Origin: Chiloscyllium plagiosum
Taxonomy: Eukaryota
Reading direction: 5' to 3'
Assembly (NCBI RefSeq): GCF_004010195.1
Contig: NC_057728.1
Span: forward strand, 43,894,569 to 43,958,568
DNA length: 64,000 bases
The notes below the pieces were generated by a model, which was given only the letters and a program-made list of their open reading frames with translations, was not told the DNA's origin and made no database searches. The stretch's first letter is position 1. The number at the start of each line of letters is the position of its first letter. The position numbers were made by a program, and so were the translations under genes. Shown here piece by piece: positions 25,161 to 38,488 of the stretch.

Positions 25161-26435
25161 CTGCAGTGGGATTAAGAGATTTATGACAATCCTTTGCAAG
25201 AACTCTCTGGCAAAACATATAGTACATCAGTATAATTCAGAGTCTCAAAAGCAGTTGTTGGAGGCTGTTGTTCTTCTTAAATTCTTTTTTATGGGATGTG
25301 TGCTCCACTGGGAAAGTTTACATTTATTGCCCATTGATGGTGAGTTGTATTCCTGAACTACTGCAATCCACATGATGTGGTTATGCCCACAGTGCTATGC
25401 AGGAGGGAGCTCCAGCTTAGTTGTTGATTGAAAGGATTCCATAGATGCTTCAAAGTTGGGAGAGAGCAGTATGTTTAAACAGATAGCAGATGTTGGCTAC
25501 TAATGAGGTCAGCACCTGGGAACTGGTTCCAGCAAGTCTGGGAGAAAATCTTTGCTCCAGCAGAGGCAGATGTTGAATAGTAACTGGGATCTCATGAGGA
25601 GACAGTTAGTTTGTCAGGAAGAGGCCAGAGTTTTGAACTGGGTTTGAACTAGTTCTGGGTGAAGGATATTGATGCAGCAGTGTGAAGATCTGAAAGGTCT
25701 CTGCCTATCTGCCTGTTATGAGCTATTGGAAGTTTAGAGAAAAGAAAGTAAGTTATAAGTATTAATGACTTCCTTTGAATGAGTTGAAAAAGTTACCTTG
25801 ATCCACAATTTCAGAAAATCAACCAAGAGATAATCATATATGGCTGTGGAACAACACATCATGAAAACCACTTAAGTACCTGGCCAGATTTGTTATTTTC
25901 TTTTATTTATCCCTTAACTGTAGTTTGTCTGGCTTTTGTTCAAGTTACAAATTAGCATTGAGAATTTGAGATTCCCCAGAGTCTGGGATTGATTATTCAA
26001 AAAAAAAGTCTGGTTAGCAACCTTTTTGATCAATTTTGAGGGTCTATGAATGTTTTAATTTCACTGTGTCCTGAATGCAGAGGGAGAAAGGCTGATTTCG
26101 TTGGCTGTATCCTTGTCATAACATGACCATATTCATTATGGTACTGTTGATTTGAATTCTTACAAGAAGAATATTTGATATATTAATTCAGAACCATAAG
26201 TACATATATGAGTACCAGCAAAAACACTTAATTCAAAATATTCACATTTTCTTTCTAGTTATCATAAAACTATTTCAATAAATGATTGCTGGTTATGTCA
26301 ATGAAATATGTATTAATCCTACACTTCAAAATCCTGGGGTATTCTTGCTTTTCTAAAACCATGATTAGAAATGTAATCTAAATGATAGTTCATAGAATCA
26401 CAGGTCAGATCCAGGAAACACTGTATGACACTTAC

Positions 26436-26514
26436 CTCTTTCTGTTTTAATTTTTCCGCCTGCTTTCTTTCAAATTCTTCTATGATCTTTTGATATGATG
26501 ACTTAATCTTTTTC
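26436..26514 (-). CDS. CCDC59: CCDC59 exon 3 (KKIKSSYQKIIEEFERKQAEKLKQKE)
   Basis: TTTTAG acceptor, GAG|GTAAGT donor, 79 nt, phase 2/0. Confidence 0.92.
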
Positions 26515-27489
26515 CTAAAATCAGAAAGTAAGGGATATTGTCTGCATTTAGATAAAGACATCCACCAGATTTTACTTCCAGAACTTTAGTCAACTCTGTC
26601 CAATTTTACAGATTTGTCCAATGTCAGAATCATGGAAATTTCAGTAGATGGCTATCAACTGTCCCATTCTGCTAGGTCCATATCAGAATTACTGAGTAGA
26701 AACCCATCTTTTGTGTTATCTCATAAAAAAAATCTTACTGCACTCTAAAATAACACCATGAGAGACAGAAGCAGAAGGAGGCCATTTAGTCCACTGCTCA
26801 ATGAGATCACAGATGACCTGAAAATCCTCAACTCCACTTTTCTGTCTTCTCCCTTAACCTTCGATTTCCTTATGATTAAAAAGCTACCCCTGTTTTGAAT
26901 CATGAGTGGTTTAGTTTCAAACAGCTGCTGTTGCATATTATACTGACTCTTCTACATAAGAGCCCTTCTAAGATATTTCTGTGTGATTCTAGTAATAATC
27001 ATGCACTTACACTATATTATCAATTCTTCAAAAGTTGAAGCTAACTTCTACTCTTTCCCCTCTGAAATTGTTTCAAAATGTTGATCACACAAATAAAGCT
27101 TCATTTCTGCCCTAATGAGCACAGACCTAGCTCCTTAAACCTCTTATTTGGTAGTAATCCCTGGAACCATTTTAGTGAGTTTATGTGCTCTTCTTCCACA
27201 GCTTTAATGTCCATTGGAAATATGCTGCCCAGAAGTGCACATGACGACATAAGCTGTTTTGCAGATATTCCTCATCTGCATTGCTCTTATATTCAACATT
27301 CCTTCAAATAAAGTGCAGAATTCTGTTTACCCTTATGTTTTTCTCAATTTTGTTTTGGCTTCTCCCATTTTACACGAGATTGCCACACTGTTGGTAATCA
27401 CCCTTCTCTATGTCCTCCAGTCAGTTACGTCTTTCTTTTCCAATCCTGTGTTTCAATCTCTTTTAAAAAAAAAAGGGAGATAATTTTCT

Positions 27490-27810
27490 AGTGATACTGT
27501 GCTGGACTTTTAATCCAGAAATGCAAGTAATGCTCTGGCGACCTGGGGTCAAATCCTGGCATGGCAGATGGTAGAATCTGAATTCAACAAAAACCTGGAA
27601 TTAAGAGTCTAATGATGACCATGAAACTTTTCTATTGTCAGGAAAAACCACCCATTAGAGAAACAAACTGCTGTCCTTACCTGGTTTGGCCTACATGTGA
27701 CTCTAGACCTACAGCAATATGGTTGACTCTTAACTGCCCACTGGGCAATTAGGGAACTGGCAATAAATGCTGGCCTAGCCAATGATGCACTCATCCGGTC
27801 AATGAAAAAT
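27490..27810 (+). mobile_element. tRNA-headed SINE-like repeat (same family as 4715-5100)
   Basis: Collinear similarity to 4715-5100. Confidence 0.55.
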
Positions 27811-28891
27811 ATCTTTTTATGTGGTCCTAAACCATTATAATCTTCTTGACCATGCCATCACCATTTACTTACTTCAATTTTCTCTCTCCTCACAAAGGTA
27901 GCATACCATTTTCAATTTCTTCGTGTTATTTCTCTAACTAACCTATAGCCCAGCTGTTCTTCTCAACTACGGTTATTATAGGTAATAAGTGGGTTTCTTC
28001 ACCGTTGGTATGAAGTTTTTTATTAGATTTTAGCATGGTTTAATATTTATTACCAGTTGGTAAGGCATGGCAAACTAGAGTATCTTAGTTCCTTTGTTAT
28101 TTGCTTCTCCAAAACCATGACCACCAAGGATAATCTAATATCTTACCCTTTCACCACCCCTCCCTCAAAGTGTCCACTTCGGTCATTTGCCACCATTAGC
28201 CCGAATTGCTTCGTAGTGTTTAAATTGTTTTGACCATCTGTTCCCCGAATTGTTTTCAATACAATAATACATGTTATTTTTTAAAAAGTGCCTTAACAGT
28301 AGGTCCAGAGCTTTCAGTTCCTCAACTCCAGTGAATTTTAATCTTCTGCTCTCATTGTGCTTTCCCCTCCACAAAATATACTTTATCTATTTATCTGAAT
28401 TGAGTTACATTTGCCATATTTAACATTTGCCCAATTTGCTTAGGTTTTCCTTTAATCTATCAAAATAAAAAAATACTTAATGACATAACTTGCATAGTTA
28501 AGACTATTTATAAACCTGCAGATGACACAAGAATATGCAAATAATCTAGACCAAATTAATAAACCAGCCTCTGACATAAATGGTATTAAATGATTAGGTT
28601 CACATCTGGCAGATGTCATTCAACATGGGCAAATGCAATATTTTGAACTTTGGACAGAAATCTCCAAGCCCATTTTAAACTACTTCATTGGTAACAATAG
28701 TCCAACACTGTAATATGTCACTGCAGAATACTAATTGCCAAGTATTATACGGCAACGGTTAAAGTAAAACAAAAGTTCAAACAGTTCCTACATTACAACA
28801 ATGAACACACTTCAAAGGTAATTAATTGATTATGAAATGCTTTGGGTCAACCTGAGATTGCAAAAGGCCCAACAGAAAAGCGAGGTTTTTT

Positions 28892-29235
28892 TTTAGATTA
28901 GATTACTTATAGTGTGGAAACAGGCTCTTCAGCCCAACAAGTCCACACTGACTCGCCGAAGTGCAACCCAATTCAAACCCATTCCCCTACATTTACCCCT
29001 TCACCTAACACTACGGGCAATTTAGCATGGCCAACTCACCTAACCTGCACATTTTTTGACTGTGGGAAGAAACCGGAGCACCCGGAGGAAACCCACGCAG
29101 ACACTGCGAGAACGTGCAAACTCCACACAGTCAGTCGCCTGAGGTGGGAATTGAACCCAGGTCTCTGACGCTGCGAGGCAGCAGTGCTAACCACTGACCG
29201 TGCCGCCCATGCTAACCACTGTGCCACCGTGCCGT
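28892..29235 (-). mobile_element. HE1-type V-SINE
   Basis: Near-identical to 59765-60088; TAATC tail and a short duplication of the 5' head. Confidence 0.9.
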
Positions 29236-29290
29236 TCTTTCTTTTCACATTAATTTCACAACTTTGGTGTTCTTTTAAAAAAAAACATAC

Positions 29291-29528
29291 TTTTTTCCCC
29301 CCTCTGCTTGTAAAGTTGGTTGATCATTTGTTTCAACTTCTTTCTTTTTGGATTTCTCTGATTGTTTTTTAACAAGCTCTTCTTCAGCTAGATACAGGTG
29401 CCGCAAATGATCTGGGTAATTCTCAGTAAACCGTACTTCTTCAGTACGCTGTGCTTTCCTTTCTTTTCTCAATATTTTCTTATAGTCATGCTTGATCTTC
29501 TCCTTCTGGTGGAAAGCAAAGCCTTGCC
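29291..29528 (-). CDS. CCDC59: CCDC59 exon 2 ([25 protein letters not shown]...[14 protein letters not shown]...)
   Basis: Recognised GQGFAF and [12 protein letters not shown] motifs; TTACAG acceptor, GTATGT donor, 238 nt, phase 1/2. Confidence 0.95.
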
Positions 29529-29946
29529 CTGTAAGAAGATAATACTATTAGAAGTGTATTAGCATCCTGATTATCTTCTTTCATCTGCTATCAACCTGAT
29601 AGTAATACTGAATTTATAATTTCCTTAGTCATCACAATTTATAGAATTAACATGACTTTTCCCATTTCTGAGAAGATAATGAGAAACTTGGAAGGACAGC
29701 ACAATAACACACATTTCATAATGAACTCACGTAGTGAGCACCAATATTTAAATAAAGGGAAAAGATTAATCGCTAACATTTTAGACAATGTGCTTTTAGG
29801 AAACAATTTGACAGGCTACTGAAGTTTCTGAAGGAGTTCACCCAGTTTGAATAGAACATAATTTTACTTTGTTGATCCTGTCAGTCCAGTTAAGTTAAGG
29901 TAGTGGATAAAATAAAGGAAGCATGCTTGAATAGGACCTTAAATAA

Positions 29947-30665
29947 TAGTCATAGTGTCATACAGCATGGAAACAGACCCTTAGGTCCAAGTAATCCACA
30001 CCAACCATGTTCTCAAACTGAATTAGTCCCACTTGCCAGCATTTGACCCATATGCCCCCAAACTGTTCCTATTAAATGACATTTGGATAAATGCTTGAAA
30101 TGTTGTAACTGTACCAGCATTCACTATTTAACTCCAGACATGAACTATTCTGTGTAAAAAGGTTGCCCCCCTCGTGACCCTTTTAAAACTTTCTCCTCTC
30201 ACCTTAAAAGTATGCCCCCTAGTTTTGAACTCTCCTACCTTAGGAAAAGATCCTTGTCAGTTATTTTATCCATGCCTCTCATGATTTTATAAACCTCTAA
30301 GGTCACCTCTCAACCTCTTACACTCCAGTGAAAAAAGCTCCAGCCTATTTTTATAACTTAAACCCTTCATTCCCGGCAGCATCTTGTAAACTTTTCCAAA
30401 CTCTCTCCAATTTAATAATATCCTTCCTATAACAGGATTACCAAAACTGCATACAATACTCCAGAAGAGGCCTCACCAATGTCCAGTACTACCTCAAATG
30501 TGATAACCCAACTCCTGTGGTCAAATATCTGAGCAATGAAGGCAAGCATGCTAAATGCCTTATCAACCATCAAAGAATTATGAACTTGAAACTCCTAGGT
30601 CTCTGTGTTCTACAACACTACAATGGCCCTACTATTAATTGTATAAGTGCTGACCTTGTTTGTTT
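29947..30665 (-). mobile_element. Decayed CR1 3' portion
   Basis: Collinear with 13600-14400. Confidence 0.85.
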
Positions 30666-32751
30666 TAATTTTAATTGTAACTTCAGTTTTAAATTTAGAC
30701 ATTTGTCACATCTCATTGGGTAATGCATTGAAAATCAAGCCCTACAATTCCCAGAGTCATCGCAAGTTAAAAGATTTTAAAAGTACTCAGAACTCCCCAA
30801 TTAACGTCTTTCAGATTAACGTTGACAGAAAGCATGAACCAGTTTCTGTACATGAGAATTGCTATTTATTACAAATTAATACTTTATTTGCACATAAACA
30901 ATTATGAACTGTCAGCAATAACTCTACTCATTAAAACTCTAATCCCCTTATAAACTCACCCCTACACAGAGACAGCAAAACAAAATGTGTGATGGGCAAA
31001 GGGAAAGTCGAGGAATAGTTCCTATTCACAGGACTCACTGAGATGGTCCTTTTTTTGACTTGACAGTGCATGCAGCTCCTTGATTCTCTCCCTCAAGATA
31101 CTTTCTCTTGCTTTCAGGGGGCTGGTTCACACTTAATAAGTAAGCTAAGGACTTTATAAGAGCCACACCTTACAGCAGCTGAAGGAAAAAGGAAATACCC
31201 TTCAATTTTTAATCACAGAGAAAAGAGTTCCCTCCTGTCCTTTCTGCAATGCCATGACATTTCCCAAATATACACACTACCAAGTCATTCAGCTATCTGG
31301 GAGCCAATCACACAGTGTTGGCAAAGGCAGAAGACCTTTGTCATTGATAGCTAATCAGTAGTTTACAGACAAATCAGCTATTTATTGCTGGCCAAATTTT
31401 AATGTATACACAGATGCTGGCTCCACTTCATCTGGAACTAGGAAATCACTACTGACTGAATCAGCAGCTGTGTAAATAGCACTTACAATATATGTCAGGT
31501 TACTTCCTTTTAAAGTATGAACTGCCTGGGGTTTTAAAACAGTTTATTTGCCCAATTTCATCCACAAAGTACAAAAAAAGGTCTGTATACATTTGATGTT
31601 CATTTTTACAATAATTTATTTTAAACTATTCAGACAAAAAAATCCCCTGCTCCTACCAAAATTACATGGCTCCCTTTGCCCTCACCCAGTAATGTTCATA
31701 TTCAACTGATCTTCCCTTCTGATTTCCCTCAACTTATAGCTTGATGGCATCACTGCATAGATTTTTTCCTCATTACCCACAAAACTCTTTCCTATCGAAG
31801 AAATGCACAGGAAACGCAGCACCTTTCACCCACTCCATTCACACCATTCACATACCCAGTAATTGGCCCAGGTGAAACAGTAATTTACTTTACTACATTC
31901 AATTTAGTATACAGTTAGTCACTACTCAGAGTGGAATCTTTCAAACATTGGGGAATACGTATTGGGAATACATACTTTGCTATTGAGAAACATTTTTGTT
32001 CAGTTTCAGGGTGACTAATGCTTTCAGCGACCTCTGATTTTAATTATCCACTGCATTCCCAAACTGGCCTGACTTCAGCTTCCAAACTTCAAGTGGAGTT
32101 CAAAGTAAATCTGAACAGCACCTAATTTTTCCATTAAAGACTGCAAAGTTTCTTTGGACTCAACATTAACCATAACACTTCTGATGAAGGACTTATGCCT
32201 GAAACGTCGACTCTCCTGCTCCTCAGATGCCACCTGACCTATGCTTTTCCAGTGCCACACTTTTTGACATTATTAACCATAACTGTTTCATATCCTAACA
32301 ACTGCCCCCAGTTTTTCAGCCAACAACTGCTGGCAAAAATATTACTACTCCTGATTTCACTAGCACTGGGCATTATTTTTTGTTTCTGTACTTGTCACAT
32401 TATTATCTCCTTTTACTTTTGTTATTTAATCTCTTCTGTATCCCATGCTATCACAGACCTTCATTTTTGCTCTTTTCCAATAGGAAATTATGTAATGCCC
32501 TAACAGGTATCTTGAATTTCTTTACACAATTATAGTGACATGAAATATTTAGAGTGCCCCAAGGTAACTGATTTTAAGTAAGTCATAAATGGGGTCACCA
32601 GGCTAAAGAGGGGGTGAAATCATCCAATGTTCCTCAACCTGGTTGTCATCAAATGAAGCAATGCTAATAGGGATTTATAATCAATCAGTTCAGTTGTTAA
32701 TACACTTCTTTGAGGCAAGTCTTAAACCTTGGCTCAGAATTTAGGGCCATT

Positions 32752-33189
32752 TTTTTTTTCTTTACACCCGGGTGGCCAGTGACAAACACTGCCCTTCACA
32801 TCAAAGGGCAGTACTGCGTGACCCTCAGTTCATTTTTTTTTTCTTTTTTTTTTCCATGGTGTGTGTGTGTGCAGGTGTGAGACACAGTGAAAGACACAAA
32901 GTGCACGAATCTTTATTCAAATTCCACCACCAGGAAGATAGGAAAACACCCGGGTAGCCAGTAACAAACACTGCCCTTCACCTCAAAGGGCAGTGCTGTG
33001 TAATCAAAACAGTGAAGGGGAGGGTAGGGACTAAATCAAAATAGAGTTGGAGGGAGAAATAATGCACTCCAGTCCCTGCGGCAACCACCTCTCCCTGAAC
33101 AACTCCAGGGTGTTGGTGGACACCGCGTGCTCCTTCTCCAAGGACACCTGGGCCCTAACGTAACCGCGGAAGAGAGGCAGGCAGTCGGC
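32752..33189 (-). mobile_element. 5'-truncated Tx1/L1-clade LINE 3' end with 14-bp TSD
   Basis: Encodes DCLPLFRGYVRAQVSLEKEHAVSTNTLELFRERW...*, then AATAAA and poly-A. TSD AATTTAGGGCCATT at 32738-32751 and 33190-33203. Confidence 0.8.
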
Positions 33190-33574
33190 AATTTAGGGCC
33201 ATTAGCGCTGTGCTGCAAGATACCCATTGGAGGACTGCAGGGCATGATGATGGCATTAATAACCTGAACTATTTACTATCAATGCCTAAGGTGAAAATGG
33301 TCACTTGGGACAAATTCCTAAGGAGATAATGGCTAGGAGAGACTGGTAATTTTCGATATTTTTAGCAGTTGCAATTAACCACGTGCAGCCTCCGAGCTTG
33401 TTCCAGCAATCAATAAGATGATGCTAAATCTTCGAGCTTCAGCTCCACTATCCCCTAACCGCCTCGGCGGGGAAAACTGGTGGGTTTGCTGTGGATTGAT
33501 TGTTCTGATTATAAGTTTTAACCCAGTTATTATTATCGTTAATGCAAGTGAGTGAAGGTTCAATCAAAAACAGA

Positions 33575-33712
33575 AACTTCTGAAGAAGGGTCACTGAACC
33601 CGAAACGTTAACTCTGCTTTCTCTGAGCGAGTTTTGAGAAGATTTGTCTGCTTTCTCTCCACAGATGCTGCCAGACCTGCTGAGTTCCCTCAATAATTTC
33701 TGTTTCTGATTT
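33575..33712 (+). mobile_element. PLE pseudo-LTR fragment with intact minimal hammerhead core
   Basis: CTGAAGA-A-GGGT-CACTGA-ACCC-GAAACGTT at 33580-33609, followed by the usual gatgctgccagacctgctgag tail. Confidence 0.7.
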
Positions 33713-33815
33713 GTTCGGGGATTTTTTTTCCCTGAAGTGAAGAGTGAAACGGGCGGATCTCGTGCCTTTGAACCGGCGCTGCGGCCACAAAAGAAAACGC
33801 AAAGGGAGTCCTCAC

Positions 33816-33963
33816 CTTCTCTGACATTGCCCCAACCTTTCTTGAAGTGACTCGCTCTCCACCGCTGCTTTTGTTGCGATCTCTGCCGGCCGCCGGGAGC
33901 CGGGCCGCGGAGAACCTTCTTCCGAAAGGAGCCGCCGTCTCCGTTCCTCGAGCTGGGCGCCAT
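33816..33963 (-). CDS. CCDC59: CCDC59 exon 1 (MAPSSRNGDG...KKGWGNVRE)
   Basis: ATG in a CpG island; AG|GTGAGG donor, phase 1; joins exon 2 to give G.VREGQGFAF. Confidence 0.92.
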
Positions 33964-34216
33964 GATGGGAACGTCATCAACCTGCGACCGGACGCAAGGG
34001 AAAAGGGAGACGGCGGCCGCGAGCGATCAAACCATCCCTGACTCGAGGGGGGACGAAGTACGGGGACCGTGGAGCATCGACCCTCTGATCTTGTGTAACG
34101 ATTACTGTAATAGATTTACGGACTGCGTTCCTCATTTTGCTGCCCCCCCCGGTGCCTTGGTTAGTCTGTGTCCTGGGAGGCCGAGGCCGGGCCCGCAGCC
34201 ACCTCCACCACCGACG
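33964..34216. promoter_or_regulatory. Bidirectional CpG-island promoter between CCDC59 and METTL25
   Basis: 253 bp between divergent start codons, CpG-rich. The same head-to-head pair is known in human. Confidence 0.8.
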
Positions 34217-34421
34217 ATGCTCTTCCCCGCGGATGTCGGTTTAGACCTGGTGCAGAGCAAAATCAAAAGCCTCACCGAGTTCCTGGACGTTTACCTCAAG
34301 ATAGCAAACGTGCACACAGTCGATTTTTACACCAACGACGTTTGGAATCAGTTCGTGGCCCTGCCGCCTGAAGCTGTCATATCGCAGCTACTCTGTGAGC
34401 AGGGGGGACGTGCTGCAATGG
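34217..34421 (+). CDS. METTL25: METTL25 exon 1 (MLFPADVGLDLVQSKIKSLTEFL...ANVHTVDFYT..VW...VALPPE.V)
   Basis: N.HTVDFYT..W..V.LPPE motif. Donor G|GTAAGG at 34421 (phase 1); an alternative same-phase donor exists at 34490. Confidence 0.88.
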
Positions 34422-35204
34422 GTAAGGAGCAAGTTGCATCAACTGACCATCAGCAAACGGAACAGAGTTTTGCTGATAACGGAACATCTGGTGATGTTTG
34501 CGATTAACAAACACTCAAGAAGTCTGCCATTTATAAACCACAGCTTAAGAATACCCCTGACTGTTTCACAAAAGCACTTTTGGAGTGTAGTCACTTTAGT
34601 AACGTAGGATGCAAGACTTAAGGGGCTGGATTTTCTTGTGGGTTTTGGGACCTCAGTGTCAAGACCAAATGGAGAACCTCCATCTGCACTTGCTGGTGGC
34701 ACTAATGGCGCTGCAATCTTCTGCTTCAATTTCCAGGAAGCAGCAGTTTATATACTTGCCATCCTTTTAAGGAACAGAATCGGTCTTTAAATGGTGCAAG
34801 TTCAATCAGAGGGCAATCTGGAGAAGTGGGCTTTGCTGAGCCAGGCTTTCCTCAACATGGAAAGGAGCCAACAAGGAGTGTCGCTCTGAAACTTTTTGAC
34901 AGATATTAGAAACCTTTCCACAAGATTTGATCAGATCGCCACTGCAGCCCTTTGTCCCCACAACATTGTCATTCACCCTACCATCTCCATGGAGGCCATC
35001 TCCAAAAATCTGGCTTCCTCTGCATAAAATGGGTGGGGAAACTGTGCCTGTGGGAAATTTCCAGCAATGCCTTAAAACTACCTCTACTTAAGCCCTTCAC
35101 CACCTTAATTGACTACATGTATTCACAGAGCTGGGACAATCCAGCATAATTGTACACAGCAACATTCCACAAAGAACAGTTAAATAAATTAATCTTCAGC
35201 ACCT

Positions 35205-37745
35205 TATTTGAAGTTGTTCGCAGGTAGAGGGACGGCTGGAAAATGGGAAGCTTTTAGAAATGAGATAACGAGAGTCCAGATACAGGTTATTCCTGTTAGG
35301 GTGAAAGGAAAGGGTGGTTGGTGTGGGGAATGCTGGATGATGAGAGAAATTGAGATTTTGGTTAAGAAGAAGAAGGAATCATACATCGGGTAGAGACAGG
35401 AAAGATTGAGTGAATCCTTAGAAAAGTATAAAGGCAGTAGGAGTATACTTAAAAGGGAAATCAGGAAAGCAAACAAGGCACATGAGATAGCTTTGGAAAA
35501 TGGGTTAAGGATAATCTAAAGGGTTTTTATCAATACATTAAGGACAAAAGGGTACCTAGGGAGAGAATAGAGCCCCTCAAGGTCAGCAAGGCAGCCTGTG
35601 TGTGGAGCCGCAGGAAATGGGGGCGATACAAAATGAGTATTTTGCATCAGTGTTACTGTGGAGAAGGACATGGAAGATATAGAATGTGGGGAAATAGAAT
35701 GTGATATCTTGAAAAATGTCCATATTACAAAGGAGGTGGTGTTGGATGGCTTGATACACATAAAAGTGGATAAATCCCCAGGCCCTGATCAGGTATACCC
35801 TAGAACTCTGTGAGAAGCTAGGAAAATGATTGCTGGTTCCCTTGCTAACATATTTGTTTCATCAATAGTCACAGGTGAGGTGCCAGAAGACTGGAGGTTG
35901 ACTAACGTGATGCCACTATTTAAGAAGGGTGGTAAGGAAAAGCCAGGGAACTATAGACGGTGAGCCTGATGTCGATGGTGGGCAAGTTGTTGGAGGGAAT
36001 CCTGAGGGACAGGGCTTACATGTATTTGGAAAGGCACAGACTAATTAGGGATAGTCAGCATAGTTTTATGCATTGGAAATCATGTCTCATGAACTTGATC
36101 GAGTTTTTTCAAGAAGTAACAAAGAAGTTTGATGAGGGCAGAGCAGTGGACGTGATCTATATGGACTTCAGTAAAGCTTTCAACAAGGTTCCCCATGAGA
36201 GACTGGTTAGCAAGGTTAGATGTCATGAAATACAGGGAGAATGAGCTATTTGGATATAGAACTGGCTTTAAGATAGAAAACAGAGGATGGTGGTAGAAGG
36301 ATGCTTTTCAAACTGGAGGCCTGTGACCAGTAGAGTGCCACAAGGATCGGTGCTGAGTCCATTACTTTGTGCCATTTATGTAAATGATTTGGATGTGAAC
36401 ATAGGAGGTATAGTTAGTAAGTTTGCAGATGACACCAAACTTGGAGGTGTAGTGGACAGTAAAGAAGGTTAGAGCTGAAAATGTGTTGCTGGAAAAGCGC
36501 AGCAGGTCAGGCAGCCTCCAAGGAACAGGAGAATCGACGTTTCGGGCATAAGCCCTTCTTCAGGAATGAAGAAAGTGTGTCCAGCAGGCTAAGATAAAAG
36601 GTAGGGAGGAGGGACTTGGGGGAGGGGCTTTGGAAATGCGATAGGTGGAGGGAGGTCAAGGTGAGGATGATAGGCCGGAGTGGGGTGGGGGCGGAGAGGT
36701 CAGGAAGATGATTGCAGGTTAGGAAGGCGGTGCTGAGTTCGAGGGATTTGACTGAGTCAAGGTGGGGGGAGGGGAAATGAGGAAACTGGAGAAATCTGAG
36801 TTCATCCCTTGTGGTTGGAGGGTTCCCAGGCAGAAGATGAGGCGCTCTTCCTCCAACCGTCGTGTTACCATGGTCTGGCGATGGAGGAGTCCAAGGACCT
36901 GCATGTCCTGGTTACCTCAGAGTACAACAGGATCTTGATCCGATGGGCCAATGGGCAGATGGAGTTTAATTTAGATAAATGTGAGGTGCTGCATTTTGGA
37001 AAAGCAAATCATAGAAAGACGTATACACTTGATGGTAAGGTCTTGGGAGTGTTGCTGAACTAAGAGGCCTTGGAGTGCAGGTTCATAGTTCCTTGAAAAT
37101 GGAGTCGCAGGTAGATAGGATAGTGAAGAGGGCATTCGGTCTGCTTTCCTTTATTGGTCAGACTATTGAGTATAGGAGTTTGGAGGTTATGTTGCGGCTG
37201 TATAGGACATTGGTTAGGCCACTTTTGGAATATTTTGTGCAATTCTGGTCTCCTTTCTATCGGAAGGATGTTGTGAAACTTTGAAAGGGTTCAGAAAAGA
37301 TTTAAAGGATGTTGGCAGGGTTGGAAGATTTGAGGTATAGGGAGAGGCTGAATAGGCTGGGGCTGCTTTCCCTGGAGTGTCGGAGGCTGAGGGGTGACCT
37401 TATAGAGGTTTATAAAATCATGAGGGGCATGGAAGGACAAATAGACTCTAGGGTGGGGGAGTCCAGAACTAGAGGACAGAGGTTTAGGGTGAGAAGGGAA
37501 AGACATAAAAGGGAACTAAGGGGCAACTTTTTCACACAGAGGGTGTTGCATGTATGGAATGAGAAGCCAGAGGAAGTGGTGGAGGCTGGTACAATTGCAG
37601 CATTTAAAAGGCATCTGGATAGGTATATGAGTAGGAAGTGTTTAGAGGGATATGGGCCACGTGCTGGCAAATGGGACTAGATTAGTTTGGGATATCTGGT
37701 TGGCGTGGACGAGTTGGACCAAAGGGTCTGTTTCCGTGCTATACA
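35205..37745 (+). mobile_element. CR1 LINE ORF2 3' ~2.1 kb, interrupted by a PLE
   Basis: KSPGPD, DVIYMDFSKAFNKVPH, PQGSVLSP, KFADDTK, QFWSP and WN..P motifs with frameshifts. Confidence 0.95.
36472..36909 (-). mobile_element. PLE 3' fragment nested in CR1
   Basis: Splits the CR1 just after KFADDTK; GGTTA duplicated at 36467-36471 and 36910-36914; intact hammerhead core at 36563-36536. Confidence 0.85.
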
Positions 37746-38488
37746 CCTCTCTGATTTTAAGTGCAGGGAAGGTCTCTGTTGTCGCTTCAGACATATTACT
37801 CCTCAATCTTCACCACACAACCAGATAATCGGGTTATTTATTTGGGACTTCAGTGTGTGCAAATAGGTTGCTATGTGGTATAAAAATTGAGAATCATCAA
37901 AACATTGCACAACAAAGGGAATAAAGTGTGACACTACTTACACTGGATTTGAACTCAGAATCAAATTTAGATCAATGACATTTTATTACCATGCTTACTG
38001 GAAAAAGCCTTATACCTGGTTTGGACTACAAAAGGAAGTCACTGGGAATGAAATAGGCAGTCTGAAATCAAATCTGAAAATAAAACTACAAATGCTGAAC
38101 AGGTCAAGCATTTGTGGAGGGCGAAACATTTCAGATCCACGTCCTTTTAGCAGAACTAGAAGCAGTTAAAGATGTTACTACTGTTCTTAAGATTACCGCA
38201 CAGCTGCACATACACATATTTTAAAGGAACCAGTGCTTCTGTGTGGCGTTTTGTCCATTGCTCATCACATTCCCAACTGTGTGGCTGTGAAACTTAAAGG
38301 AAATGTTAGGTTTGTTTAAGCAAATATGGAGGCAGGGAAGGTAGGGTGGGAAGGGCAAGACAGAAATATGTGGTAAAATGGAAGACAGGAGAGCAATTAA
38401 TTGACAACAGTGATAATGCTTCGGATTTCTAAAAACATTTGTGCCTCCATTTCTATGTCTAGTATAAAAAGATTAATTTGTATACCTT

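Noticed and set aside
25179-26123. Possible further solo LTR (TTATGACAA...TTGTCATAACA); also related blocks at ~19910-20560 and ~30760-31570
   Set aside because: No clean TG start or TSD found; too degenerate to call.
33448-33815. Extension of the 171-aa ORF beyond CCDC59 exon 1
   Set aside because: Reads through the splice donor into intron and PLE sequence.
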